This document shows, piece by piece, positions 1 to 7,198 of a stretch of 41,182 nt of DNA; positions within the stretch are counted from its first letter, which is position 1, and every line of letters begins with the position of its first letter. Below the pieces are notes generated by a model. The model had not been told where the DNA came from. It did not search any database and saw only the letters and a program-made list of their open reading frames with translations. This DNA comes from an uncultured Armatimonadia bacterium (lineage in GTDB: Bacteria; Armatimonadota; Zipacnadia; Zipacnadales; UBA11051): positions 1-41,182 of the forward strand of contig CAZZDO010000003.1 of the NCBI GenBank assembly GCA_964653205.1. The letters are read 5' to 3'. Made by a program: the position numbers and the translations under genes.

Positions 1-1234
1 CGATGTTGACCAGTTCAGCCAGGATGTCGAGCGGGATGAGTGCGGCCATGGCCGCGACCACGAGGCCGGTGACGATCGTGGACTTGTAGGGGGTGCGGAA
101 GCGCGGGTGGACGGCGCCGAAGAAGCCGCTCGGCAGCAGGCCGTCGCGGGCCATGGCCAGCATCACGCGCGGCTGGCTGAGCATCAGCACCAGCAACACG
201 GAGGTGATGCCTACGACCGCGCCGAGCGACACGACGAGCTGCGCACTCGGCAGGCCGACACTCGCGAAGGCCGCCGCCACCGGCGCATCCTTGTCGAGTT
301 GGTCGTAGGGCACCATGCCGGTGATGACCGCCGCGACAGCGATGTAGAGCGCCGTGCAGATCACCAGCGAGGCGACGATCGCGATGGGCACATCCCGGCG
401 CGGGTTCTTCGCCTCCTCGGCGTGGGTGGAGACCGAGTCGAAGCCAATGTACGCGAAGAAGATGATGGCTGCACCGGCCAGCATCCCCACCGGCACGCCG
501 CCCCCGCCCGTCTGCCCCCAGACCACGTGGCCGAAGAGACTGAGCCCCGCCCAGCCGAAGGGTGCGAAGGGCCGCCAGTTCGCCGGGTTGACATAGAACG
601 CGCCGACGCCAATGACCAGCAGCACGATGGCGACCTTGACGATGACCATGGCGGCGTTAAAGCGCGCGCTCTGGCGGATGCCCAGCACCAGCACCACCGT
701 CAGCACGGCGACGATGAGCAGGGCGAAGATGTCGAAGTAGGTGCCGGTGGGCACGAGGCGGCCGGTGGCGGTGTCGAGGGCGAAGGGCGCGTCTTTCAGC
801 GCCGGCCACAGGTGAATATCGAAGATGCCCAGAAAGTTCTGGAAGTACTTCGACCAGCCGTGGGCCACCGAGGCCGAGGCGACCGTGTATTCGAGGATGA
901 GGTCCCAGCCGATGATCCAGGCGAACAGCTCGCCGAGGGTGGCGTAGGCGTAGGTGTAGGCGGAGCCGGCGACGGGCGCCATCGAGGCGAATTCCGCGTA
1001 GCACAGCGCGGCGAACACGCAGGCCAGCCCGGCGACGCAGAAGGAGACGATCAGCGCCGGGCCGGTCTTGTCATGGCCGACGAGGCCGACGAGAACGAAG
1101 ATGCCCGCGCCGATGATGCAACCAATGCCCAGGCTGGTCAGCGACACCGGCCCCAACACGCGCCGCAGGCGGTTGTCGCTCTCCATCTCCTCGTGGAGTT
1201 GCGTCAGCGTCTTGCAGCGGAACAGTTGGCTCAT
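1..1234 (-). CDS. Amino acid permease, APC superfamily (cationic amino-acid transporter-like); 3' end truncated by window edge
   Basis: Absent from the ORF track because no stop lies in the window. Reverse-strand ATG at 1234-1232 with GGAGG (1240-1244) 5 nt upstream. My translation reads MSQLFRCKTLTQLHEEMESDNRLRRVLGPVSLTSLGIGCIIGAGIFVLVG...CYAEFASMAPVAGSAYTYAYATLGELFAWIIGWDLILEY... and stays open to position 1. It shows a typical APC/CAT N-terminal signature, many hydrophobic helices and G/C-rich third positions. Confidence 0.85.
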   Translation of the reverse strand, partial: MSQLFRCKTLTQLHEEMESDNRLRRVLGPVSLTSLGIGCIIGAGIFVLVGLVGHDKTGPALIVSFCVAGLACVFAALCYAEFASMAPVAGSAYTYAYATLGELFAWIIGWDLILEYTVASASVAHGWSKYFQNFLGIFDIHLWPALKDAPFALDTATGRLVPTGTYFDIFALLIVAVLTVVLVLGIRQSARFNAAMVIVKVAIVLLVIGVGAFYVNPANWRPFAPFGWAGLSLFGHVVWGQTGGGGVPVGMLAGAAIIFFAYIGFDSVSTHAEEAKNPRRDVPIAIVASLVICTALYIAVAAVITGMVPYDQLDKDAPVAAAFASVGLPSAQLVVSLGAVVGITSVLLVLMLSQPRVMLAMARDGLLPSGFFGAVHPRFRTPYKSTIVTGLVVAAMAALIPLDILAELVNI

Positions 1235-1281
1235 CAGGACCTCCTTTGGGAACGGCGCCTACCCCCTCCGCTTCGCGGCGA

Positions 1282-1302
1282 CCCCTCCCCGCAGGGGAGG
1301 GG
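1282..1302 (-). terminator. GC-rich hairpin between the amidohydrolase and permease genes (terminator- or REP-like)
   Basis: CCCCTCCCC-GCA-GGGGAGGGG, a 9-bp perfect stem, sits in the 97-bp gap after the stop at 1332. There is no clear U-tract. Confidence 0.35.
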
Positions 1303-1331
1303 TAAGGCAGACGGCCCCGCTCACCGACCAC

Positions 1332-2927
1332 TCAACCACGCCTCACCCCGTGTTTCTCCATGATCCTCAGCAGGTTCTCGCCCAGGATCTTGCGCTTGTC
1401 GGCTTCGGGGATACGGGCGTACATGATCTGACCGAGGCCCCACGAGATCGGCAGGTCGGTCAGGTCCGAGCCGAACAGGATGCGGTCGGCGCCGTAGAGC
1501 TTCACGTACTCCTCAGTCTGGTTCCACGCCAGCAACGGGCAGGTGCAGATGAACAGGTTGTCCACTTCGCGGCACACGTCCACGAACGCCGAGGTGGCAT
1601 GCCCCGCGATGAAACAGGCGTTGGGGTAGCGCCGGCACAGGTCGCGAATGCGGTCGGGCCCACCCCAGGTGTGGCTCAGGATGATCTGCCCGTGCTCATG
1701 GGCGAAGCGGCAGGGGACTTCGACCAGCGGGCCGCTGGAGGGATATGTGTTGTACGAGTCGAGCATCAGCTTGATGCCTTGCATGCCCAGCGAGAGGCCG
1801 CGCTCCAGCTCCTCCAGCATCGCCGCCTCACCGTAGTTGGGGTTCACGAACGTGAAGCCGACGAAGCGCCCGGGATAGGCTTGCAGCATCGCGGCGACTT
1901 CATCGTTCGAGTAGTCGTTGTCGCCCATGATCTGCATCCCGAACACGCAGCAGGTGGCGAGGCCGAACTTGTCCATCTCCGCGACGAGGTCGGCTGGCGT
2001 GTCGTTGACGACATGGTAGGGGTCGGCCCAGCCGATGTGGCCGTGGCAGTCGTAGAACTTCTCGTCGCGGAAGCTCTCGCGCAGACGCACCTTGCGGTGC
2101 AGCGTGTCCTGCGGCTCGGGGAAGTCCACTTCGTCCACGAAGGCGAGGTTGGCGTTCCAGCCCATCATGCGGCGCAGGTTGCCGCCGGCGATCTGGGCCA
2201 ACTCGTCGTCGGAGAGGTCCGAGTAGTTCAGTTGCATCAGCGGGGTGCCGGGGGTGCGTTCGGGCAGGTGCGAGGCCCACACGAGGCGTTCGGCGCCCCA
2301 TTCGCGGCAGATGAACTCGATGCGGTGGTGCAGCCAGACGGAGGACAGGTCCAGGTGGAGGTTGGGGCAGGCGTTGAGGGCCTCGTACAGCGCGCGCTGG
2401 CTGCGGTAGATGCGGTTCTCGCTGACGATCACGGGCATCTGCGGGTGGCGCTTGCAGAGCGCGACGACATCGCTCCAGTCGGTGCGGTCGCTGTAGCCCT
2501 CCAGGTTGCTGTCGGGCGACAGGAACAGCGGCACGCGGGCATGGGCGAGCGGCTCAAGCAGCTCGTCCGTTGCCCATTCGGCCAGCGGCAAGAGGAAGTG
2601 CTTGTAGAACAGCCAGACCGCGCCGACGCCCGCCGCGCGCATCTGGGCGAGGATCTCCTCGGCCGGCGGGAACTCGCGGCTGCTGGGCAAGAGTAACGCC
2701 CAGGCCGGGTGCAGGCGCGGCTCGTCGCGGGTCACATCGAGGATGCGCTGGTTGCCGAGCATGGGGTTGGTGCCCACCGACATGCTGTCGAGCACCAGCG
2801 CCTCGTGGATGCCGTAGTGGTCCATCTCCGCGAGGAGCCGGGGTGCGGTGCAGGGGTGATGCGGCCCCACGCGCAGGGACTGGCCGAGAATGCAGCAGGC
2901 GTCGAAGGTGGTCATGTCAGGCTCCAT
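1332..2927 (-). CDS. Amidohydrolase-family protein (two tandem amidohydrolase_2-like TIM-barrel domains)
   Basis: Track ORF 1332..3020. I trim the start to ATG 2927 (MEPDMTTFDAC...); ATG 2915 is an alternative. The extra N-terminus is encoded by a REP hairpin. The C-terminal half has FYDCHGHIGW (HxH) and ILFGSDLTD...ILGENLLRIM, typical of metal-dependent hydrolases of the amidohydrolase_2 type. Confidence 0.75.
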   Translation of the reverse strand: MEPDMTTFDACCILGQSLRVGPHHPCTAPRLLAEMDHYGIHEALVLDSMSVGTNPMLGNQRILDVTRDEPRLHPAWALLLPSSREFPPAEEILAQMRAAGVGAVWLFYKHFLLPLAEWATDELLEPLAHARVPLFLSPDSNLEGYSDRTDWSDVVALCKRHPQMPVIVSENRIYRSQRALYEALNACPNLHLDLSSVWLHHRIEFICREWGAERLVWASHLPERTPGTPLMQLNYSDLSDDELAQIAGGNLRRMMGWNANLAFVDEVDFPEPQDTLHRKVRLRESFRDEKFYDCHGHIGWADPYHVVNDTPADLVAEMDKFGLATCCVFGMQIMGDNDYSNDEVAAMLQAYPGRFVGFTFVNPNYGEAAMLEELERGLSLGMQGIKLMLDSYNTYPSSGPLVEVPCRFAHEHGQIILSHTWGGPDRIRDLCRRYPNACFIAGHATSAFVDVCREVDNLFICTCPLLAWNQTEEYVKLYGADRILFGSDLTDLPISWGLGQIMYARIPEADKRKILGENLLRIMEKHGVRRG

Positions 2928-2947
2928 GGTACGGTCATCGCGTGGGT

Positions 2948-2993
2948 GGGTTCGTCCTCGAACCCACACGGATGCGGGTTCGAGGACGAACCC
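2948..2993. repeat. REP-like hairpin doublet (two inverted GGGTTCG-N4-CGAACCC hairpins)
   Basis: GGGTTCGTCCTCGAACCC (2948-2965) and GGGTTCGAGGACGAACCC (2976-2993) are exact reverse complements. Each arm is also itself a 7-bp stem with a 4-nt loop. On the minus strand it reads GTAG-GC-GGGTTCGTCCTCGAACCC, and that GTAG contains the TAG stop of the upstream gene (2996-2998). Confidence 0.7.
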
Positions 2994-2995
2994 GC

Positions 2996-4753
2996 CTACG
3001 CGGGAGTGCCATCCGTCCACCGCCGCTCCCCCCCGCTCAGCATGTCTCGCTCGAGCTTCACCGCGCCGTACGGGCTGGTTAGCTCCACAGTGCGGATCAA
3101 CTCGCCGTACGTGCGCGGCAATTCGCCGTCTTCACGGAAGGATTCCTGCACGGACAGGCCCGCGACTTGCGCCGGATCGTCAAGCAACACGACACACCAG
3201 CCGCTGAAGAGGAGGGGCTGGGTGATGACGCCGCGGTCCTCGGCGATGAGCGGGAGGCTGACCTGCAGGCCGCGGTCGGTGCGCTCCAGGCGCGGGGGGA
3301 GGGTGACGATGTTGCCCTGCTCGCGGCGCTGGGGGTTCGGGTCGTCCTCCGGTGCGTCCAGCACGCGGCACTGCAGCGGGTGCAGAGCCACGGCGCAGTC
3401 CGGGTAGACGAGCACGAGCCAGTCGGCGGGGGCCGAAGTCGGCGCGCCGTCCCATTCGTGCCCGCCGAGGAGCACCCGGCCGCCGCCGTGCGCGAGGCGC
3501 CAGCGGTCTTCGAGGCGGACGGTGGGCGAGTGCAAGTGATGCACTTCGCGGAAGATGATCGCCGCACCCTCGTGCTGGTGGGCGGCCATGATGACCTCGG
3601 GGTGGAACGAGACGCGCTTGAACAGGTGGCGGCTGGCATAGTCCCAGATCGTCCCGGCGGCCTCGTGCTGCCGGGGCGTGCCCTCATCATCCACCGTGGC
3701 CCATTCCAGCACGCCGTAGTCCTGCCCGGGCACGATGAGCGAGGCGGGCTTGCTCTGCCACGCCAGACCCCAGCCGTCGTGCGAGGTCGCGTTCGCCATG
3801 ATGGGGTAGTGGCTGAGCGTCCCCAGGCGCGCGTGCTCGCGGATGTGGCTGACGCTCCAGTGGTCGTCGAAGGTGCGCTGGCGGCGGGAGCGGGGGACGG
3901 GCTGCACGGCGGGCGTGTAGCTGTAGCCGGTCGCGCGGGCGAGGACGGCCAGGGGGGCATTGGCGTCCTTCGGCTCCGCGCCGTCCACCAGTTCGAGCAA
4001 GCCCCACGGGACTTCCAGGTCGCACTTGAAGTTGTAGCCGCGGATGCTGGGGACCGCGTCGAGGCCGTCGTGGAAGGCGGCCCATTCCATGAGCCCGTCG
4101 ATCATCGCGCGGGTGCGGTCGTACAACTCGCCGCGCTGCTCCAGGAGCATGATGAGCAGGCCCATCTCCGCGATGACGCGCGTGTAGACGGGCGAGTGGT
4201 CTTCGCCCCAGCCCATGCCGCGGCGCTCGACGTAGTCCAGGAAGCGGCGGCAGAAGTCGCGCGCCTCCTGCTGGATCGCGTCGTCTCCCAGAATGTAGCC
4301 GGTGACGAGCAGCATCGCCACATCGCCCAGGCACTTGTTGGGGTAGAAGAGGCTGGGGCTGTCGGCCATGTGGCGGAACCACGGGGCGACGGCGGCGAAG
4401 ATCGCGCGCAGGGCCTCGGCCTCTTCATCCGTGAGCTGGTCGCGGTGGTTCAGCCACGCCAGCGACAGCGGCAGGCAGATGAAGAACGAGGCGTTGGTGT
4501 CGCCGATGGCGGGGTCTTCGCGATACCACTTCAGGCAGCCGAAGGTCGGGCTGTCCGGGTCGGTGTCGCGCTGGCCGCGGAGGGCCGCGCAGATCAGCGC
4601 GAAGTCGGGGTCCTTCTCCCCGCGCACGAGGCCCTGGTACAGGTGGTGGGCGGTCGAGACGCAGTTGCGCGTGTCGGTCAGGTGGGCGATGTTGGCGACA
4701 TGGGGCTTGCCGCCGCGGGCGAGATAGACGGTGCGGTCAATGGGGTCGGACAT
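2996..4753 (-). CDS. Hypothetical protein, 585 aa (possibly alpha/alpha-toroid plus beta-sandwich glycan lyase/hydrolase-like; function unknown)
   Basis: Track ORF with ATG at 4753 and AGGAG upstream on the minus strand. Good G/C third-position bias and no signal peptide. I recognise no diagnostic motif. It lies in an operon with an oxidoreductase and an amidohydrolase. Confidence 0.7.
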   Translation of the reverse strand: MSDPIDRTVYLARGGKPHVANIAHLTDTRNCVSTAHHLYQGLVRGEKDPDFALICAALRGQRDTDPDSPTFGCLKWYREDPAIGDTNASFFICLPLSLAWLNHRDQLTDEEAEALRAIFAAVAPWFRHMADSPSLFYPNKCLGDVAMLLVTGYILGDDAIQQEARDFCRRFLDYVERRGMGWGEDHSPVYTRVIAEMGLLIMLLEQRGELYDRTRAMIDGLMEWAAFHDGLDAVPSIRGYNFKCDLEVPWGLLELVDGAEPKDANAPLAVLARATGYSYTPAVQPVPRSRRQRTFDDHWSVSHIREHARLGTLSHYPIMANATSHDGWGLAWQSKPASLIVPGQDYGVLEWATVDDEGTPRQHEAAGTIWDYASRHLFKRVSFHPEVIMAAHQHEGAAIIFREVHHLHSPTVRLEDRWRLAHGGGRVLLGGHEWDGAPTSAPADWLVLVYPDCAVALHPLQCRVLDAPEDDPNPQRREQGNIVTLPPRLERTDRGLQVSLPLIAEDRGVITQPLLFSGWCVVLLDDPAQVAGLSVQESFREDGELPRTYGELIRTVELTSPYGAVKLERDMLSGGERRWTDGTPA

Positions 4754-4791
4754 GACTACTCCTACTGTTCTTCCTGCACATGGGGCCGCGT

Positions 4792-4817
4792 GGGCGGGGT
4801 ACGAGCCCCCGCCCTAC
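4792..4817 (-). repeat. REP-like GTAG-hairpin after the oxidoreductase stop
   Basis: The minus strand reads GTA-GGGCGGGG-GCTCGTA-CCCCGCCC (8-bp stem, 7-nt loop). It is nested in a longer imperfect palindrome: GGGGCCG at 4782-4788 pairs with CGGCCCC at 4824-4830. Confidence 0.55.
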
Positions 4818-4842
4818 AGGGCACGGCCCCCTTGCTGCAGGG

Positions 4843-5898
4843 CTACTTCGCCGTCCAGAACAACCGCACGTAGTCCCGTGCCACGATGAGGTCGCGCAGC
4901 GCCTCCGGCGCCTGGCATGGCGCGGGGGCCTCGCCCCGGATCGCCTGCAGGTAGTTGCTCGCCTGCTGCCGCATCGCCCCGACCGGGGGCATGACCGGCG
5001 CGACCGTCACCGGCTCGGCCCCGCCGCCCGGGTCGCGGAAGAACGTCACCCGCCCCGCCTGATTGAGCACTACCGGCGCGGGCAGCTCTACGCGGATCCA
5101 CCCGCGCTCGAAGCACACCAGCGCCACCTCCTGCCAGTCGCGGCTGGAGCTGAAGGCCTGCATCTCGATCAGGCCCGGCACGCCACCGGCGCTGCGCGCC
5201 ACGAACAGCACCCCCGCCGGGTCGGCGTGCGTCACCTCGTAGTCCTCGCCCAGCAAGTACCGCAGCAAGTTGACCTGGTGGATGTAGTAGTTGACGAAGC
5301 GCACGTAGTCGGCGAACTGATCGGGGGTCATGTCGCCGGGCGGGGGGTCGCTCTGAAGCGGCGGCAGGGCCTCGTCGCTGCGGAGCAAGTCCACGAACCC
5401 GCCCGCGATCCAGTCCCCCGGCGGCATGGCGATGCGCACGTACGTCATCCGCCCGAGTTCGCCCGTGGCCTTCAGGCGCGCGATCTCCTCGACGGCCCGC
5501 ATCGTCGCCGGGTCGCTGCGCTTGTGGTAGCCGACCATGATCCACGTCTTGTTGCCCTCGGTGGCGGCCACAATGCGCTCGGCCTGCTCGACCGACGAGG
5601 CCAGGGGCTTTTCAATGAGAATCGGCAGCCCGGCCTCGGCCAGTTCCGTGAGCAGGACGCCATGCCGCGTGAAGGGCTGGATGCACACGAGGGCGTCGGG
5701 CCGCTCGTGGTCGAGCAGGTCCCGGTGGTCGGCGTAGACCCTCGGGACGCCATAGCGCGCGGCGACCTGCGCGGCGAGGCCCGGCCGCAGCTCGGCCAGG
5801 GCGATGACTTCACAGTCCGGCAGGGCGGCGTAGTGCTTCAGGTGGGCGCACTGGCCCATGCTGCCGGTGCCAACGAAGGCGAGCTTGACGCGATCCAT
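4843..5898 (-). CDS. Gfo/Idh/MocA family NAD(P)-dependent oxidoreductase
   Basis: Track ORF 4843..5964, trimmed to ATG 5898 (MDRVKLAFVGTGSMGQ...). It has an N-terminal Rossmann motif GTGSMG and an EKPLA motif (PILIEKPLASS). Confidence 0.85.
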   Translation of the reverse strand: MDRVKLAFVGTGSMGQCAHLKHYAALPDCEVIALAELRPGLAAQVAARYGVPRVYADHRDLLDHERPDALVCIQPFTRHGVLLTELAEAGLPILIEKPLASSVEQAERIVAATEGNKTWIMVGYHKRSDPATMRAVEEIARLKATGELGRMTYVRIAMPPGDWIAGGFVDLLRSDEALPPLQSDPPPGDMTPDQFADYVRFVNYYIHQVNLLRYLLGEDYEVTHADPAGVLFVARSAGGVPGLIEMQAFSSSRDWQEVALVCFERGWIRVELPAPVVLNQAGRVTFFRDPGGGAEPVTVAPVMPPVGAMRQQASNYLQAIRGEAPAPCQAPEALRDLIVARDYVRLFWTAK

Positions 5899-5969
5899 GA
5901 GGTTCACCCGCGAGCGTGATGAGGTTGCAGGACTCTGCTTCGCGGGGGGGCAATATTCCTGCAACGGAA

Positions 5970-6293
5970 AGGCCGGCGGCCCCTACGGGGCGCGCGCCGC
6001 GGGGTATGGGGAGGGCGTCGGGTTCCGTGGGCTGCCGCCCACGGCTACATACGCGGGCGCCTTCGGCGCCGTCCCTGCCCGGATGGGTTGGCAACGAGTT
6101 CCCGCCGTTTGCCCATCGAGTTCGCATCACTGCCTGTGCAGCGGGGCGTTGCCGTAGTCGTTGGCCTTGCCGTGGTCGTCGCCCTTGTCGTCGCCCGTGT
6201 CGTTGCCGTTACCGTCGCCGCTGCCGTTGTCGTTGTCGTTGCCCGCGAAGCGGGCCAACGTACGTAGCCGTGGGCGGAAGCCCACGGATCGCG
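5970..6293. repeat. 324-bp direct repeat, copy 1 (contains two inverted GTAG-hairpin REPs)
   Basis: Identical by eye to 6794-7117 (offset 824 bp). Hairpins CCGTGGGC-TGCC-GCCCACGG (6025-6044, followed by CTAC) and GTAG-CCGTGGGC-GGAA-GCCCACGG (6264-6287). Confidence 0.9.
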
Positions 6294-6342
6294 TCGCCGC
6301 CATTCACACCCGCGCCCCGCAGGGGCCGCCGGAGGGGGAACC

Positions 6343-6795
6343 ATGGCTGGGTCCTTCACATGTCTGCGCTATCATCTCATCTTCAGCACCAAGGACCGCC
6401 GCCCTCTCCTCGCGGCCGCGGCGCGACCGCGCCTGTTCGAGTACATCGGCGGTATCCTGCGCAACCGCAGGGGGCAGCTCCTGGCGGCAGGGGGCACGGA
6501 CAATCACGTCCACCTGCTGGCCATCCTGCCCAAGGACCGCAGCGTCTCGGACATGCTGCGGGACATCAAGTCGAACACGTCGCGGTGGCTGGGCGAGACC
6601 GCCCCGATGGCGATAGGTTTCGGCTGGCAGGATGGCTATGGGGCCTTCACCGTCGGGCGCAGTGAGATCGAGGGGTTGATGCGCTACCTCGCCAGCCAGG
6701 ACGAGCACCACCGCGAACGCACCTTCGAGGAGGAGTTCGTCGCGTTCCTGGAGGACAACGAGGTGGAGTACGACCCGCGGTACATCTGGCAGTAG
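6343..6795 (+). CDS. rayT: REP-associated tyrosine transposase (RAYT) / IS200-like Y1 transposase
   Basis: 150 aa with GGAGG 7 nt upstream. HUH motif in TDNHVHLLAI. WQDGYGAFTV...YLASQDEHHRERTFEEEF is typical of the COG1943 / IS200-like family. It is flanked at about 55 bp on each side by inverted GTAG-hairpin REPs. Confidence 0.8.
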   Translation: MAGSFTCLRYHLIFSTKDRRPLLAAAARPRLFEYIGGILRNRRGQLLAAGGTDNHVHLLAILPKDRSVSDMLRDIKSNTSRWLGETAPMAIGFGWQDGYGAFTVGRSEIEGLMRYLASQDEHHRERTFEEEFVAFLEDNEVEYDPRYIWQ

Positions 6796-7117
6796 GCCGG
6801 CGGCCCCTACGGGGCGCGCGCCGCGGGGTATGGGGAGGGCGTCGGGTTCCGTGGGCTGCCGCCCACGGCTACATACGCGGGCGCCTTCGGCGCCGTCCCT
6901 GCCCGGATGGGTTGGCAACGAGTTCCCGCCGTTTGCCCATCGAGTTCGCATCACTGCCTGTGCAGCGGGGCGTTGCCGTAGTCGTTGGCCTTGCCGTGGT
7001 CGTCGCCCTTGTCGTCGCCCGTGTCGTTGCCGTTACCGTCGCCGCTGCCGTTGTCGTTGTCGTTGCCCGCGAAGCGGGCCAACGTACGTAGCCGTGGGCG
7101 GAAGCCCACGGATCGCG
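6794..7117. repeat. 324-bp direct repeat, copy 2
   Basis: Identical to 5970-6293. It begins inside the RAYT TAG stop codon. Hairpins at 6849-6868 and 7092-7111. Confidence 0.9.
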
Positions 7118-7198
7118 AGGCCCTCACGCCCCCGCCCCGCGCGCGCCCCGAAGGGGCCGCCGTGAAGGGGATGGAAGGGGCCGCCGGAGGTATTCGCC

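Larger units (their letters stand above)
5970..7161. mobile_element. RAYT locus: Y1 transposase gene flanked by two REP-bearing, inverted-repeat-bounded ~360-bp units
   Basis: Layout is repeat unit, RAYT CDS, repeat unit. Each unit starts with GGCGGCCCCTACGGGGCGCGCG (5975-5996; 6799-6820). Each is followed by the near-perfect reverse complement (6311-6330; 7140-7161). Confidence 0.65.

Noticed and set aside
2948-2993. tRNA-like signal (GGTTCGA-type T-arm motif in GGGTTCGAGGACGAACCC)
   Set aside because: No acceptor stem, D-arm or anticodon arm can be drawn around it. It is one arm of a perfect inverted repeat.
107-4873. Long plus-strand ORFs (107-1363, 1068-2696, 3167-4873) overlapping the minus-strand genes
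   Set aside because: Their R/A/G/D/H-rich low-complexity translations lack recognisable motifs. They are typical antisense shadow ORFs of a GC-rich genome. The opposite-strand frames give recognisable permease and amidohydrolase proteins with G/C-rich third positions.
5810-6954. Duplicated ORFs starting MMRTRWANGGNSLPTHPGRDGAEGARV... (5810-6130 and 6304-6954, minus strand)
   Set aside because: The shared N-terminus is simply the translation of the 324-bp repeat. One ORF runs antisense through the RAYT gene and the other into the oxidoreductase gene. Neither has coding-like features beyond GC content.
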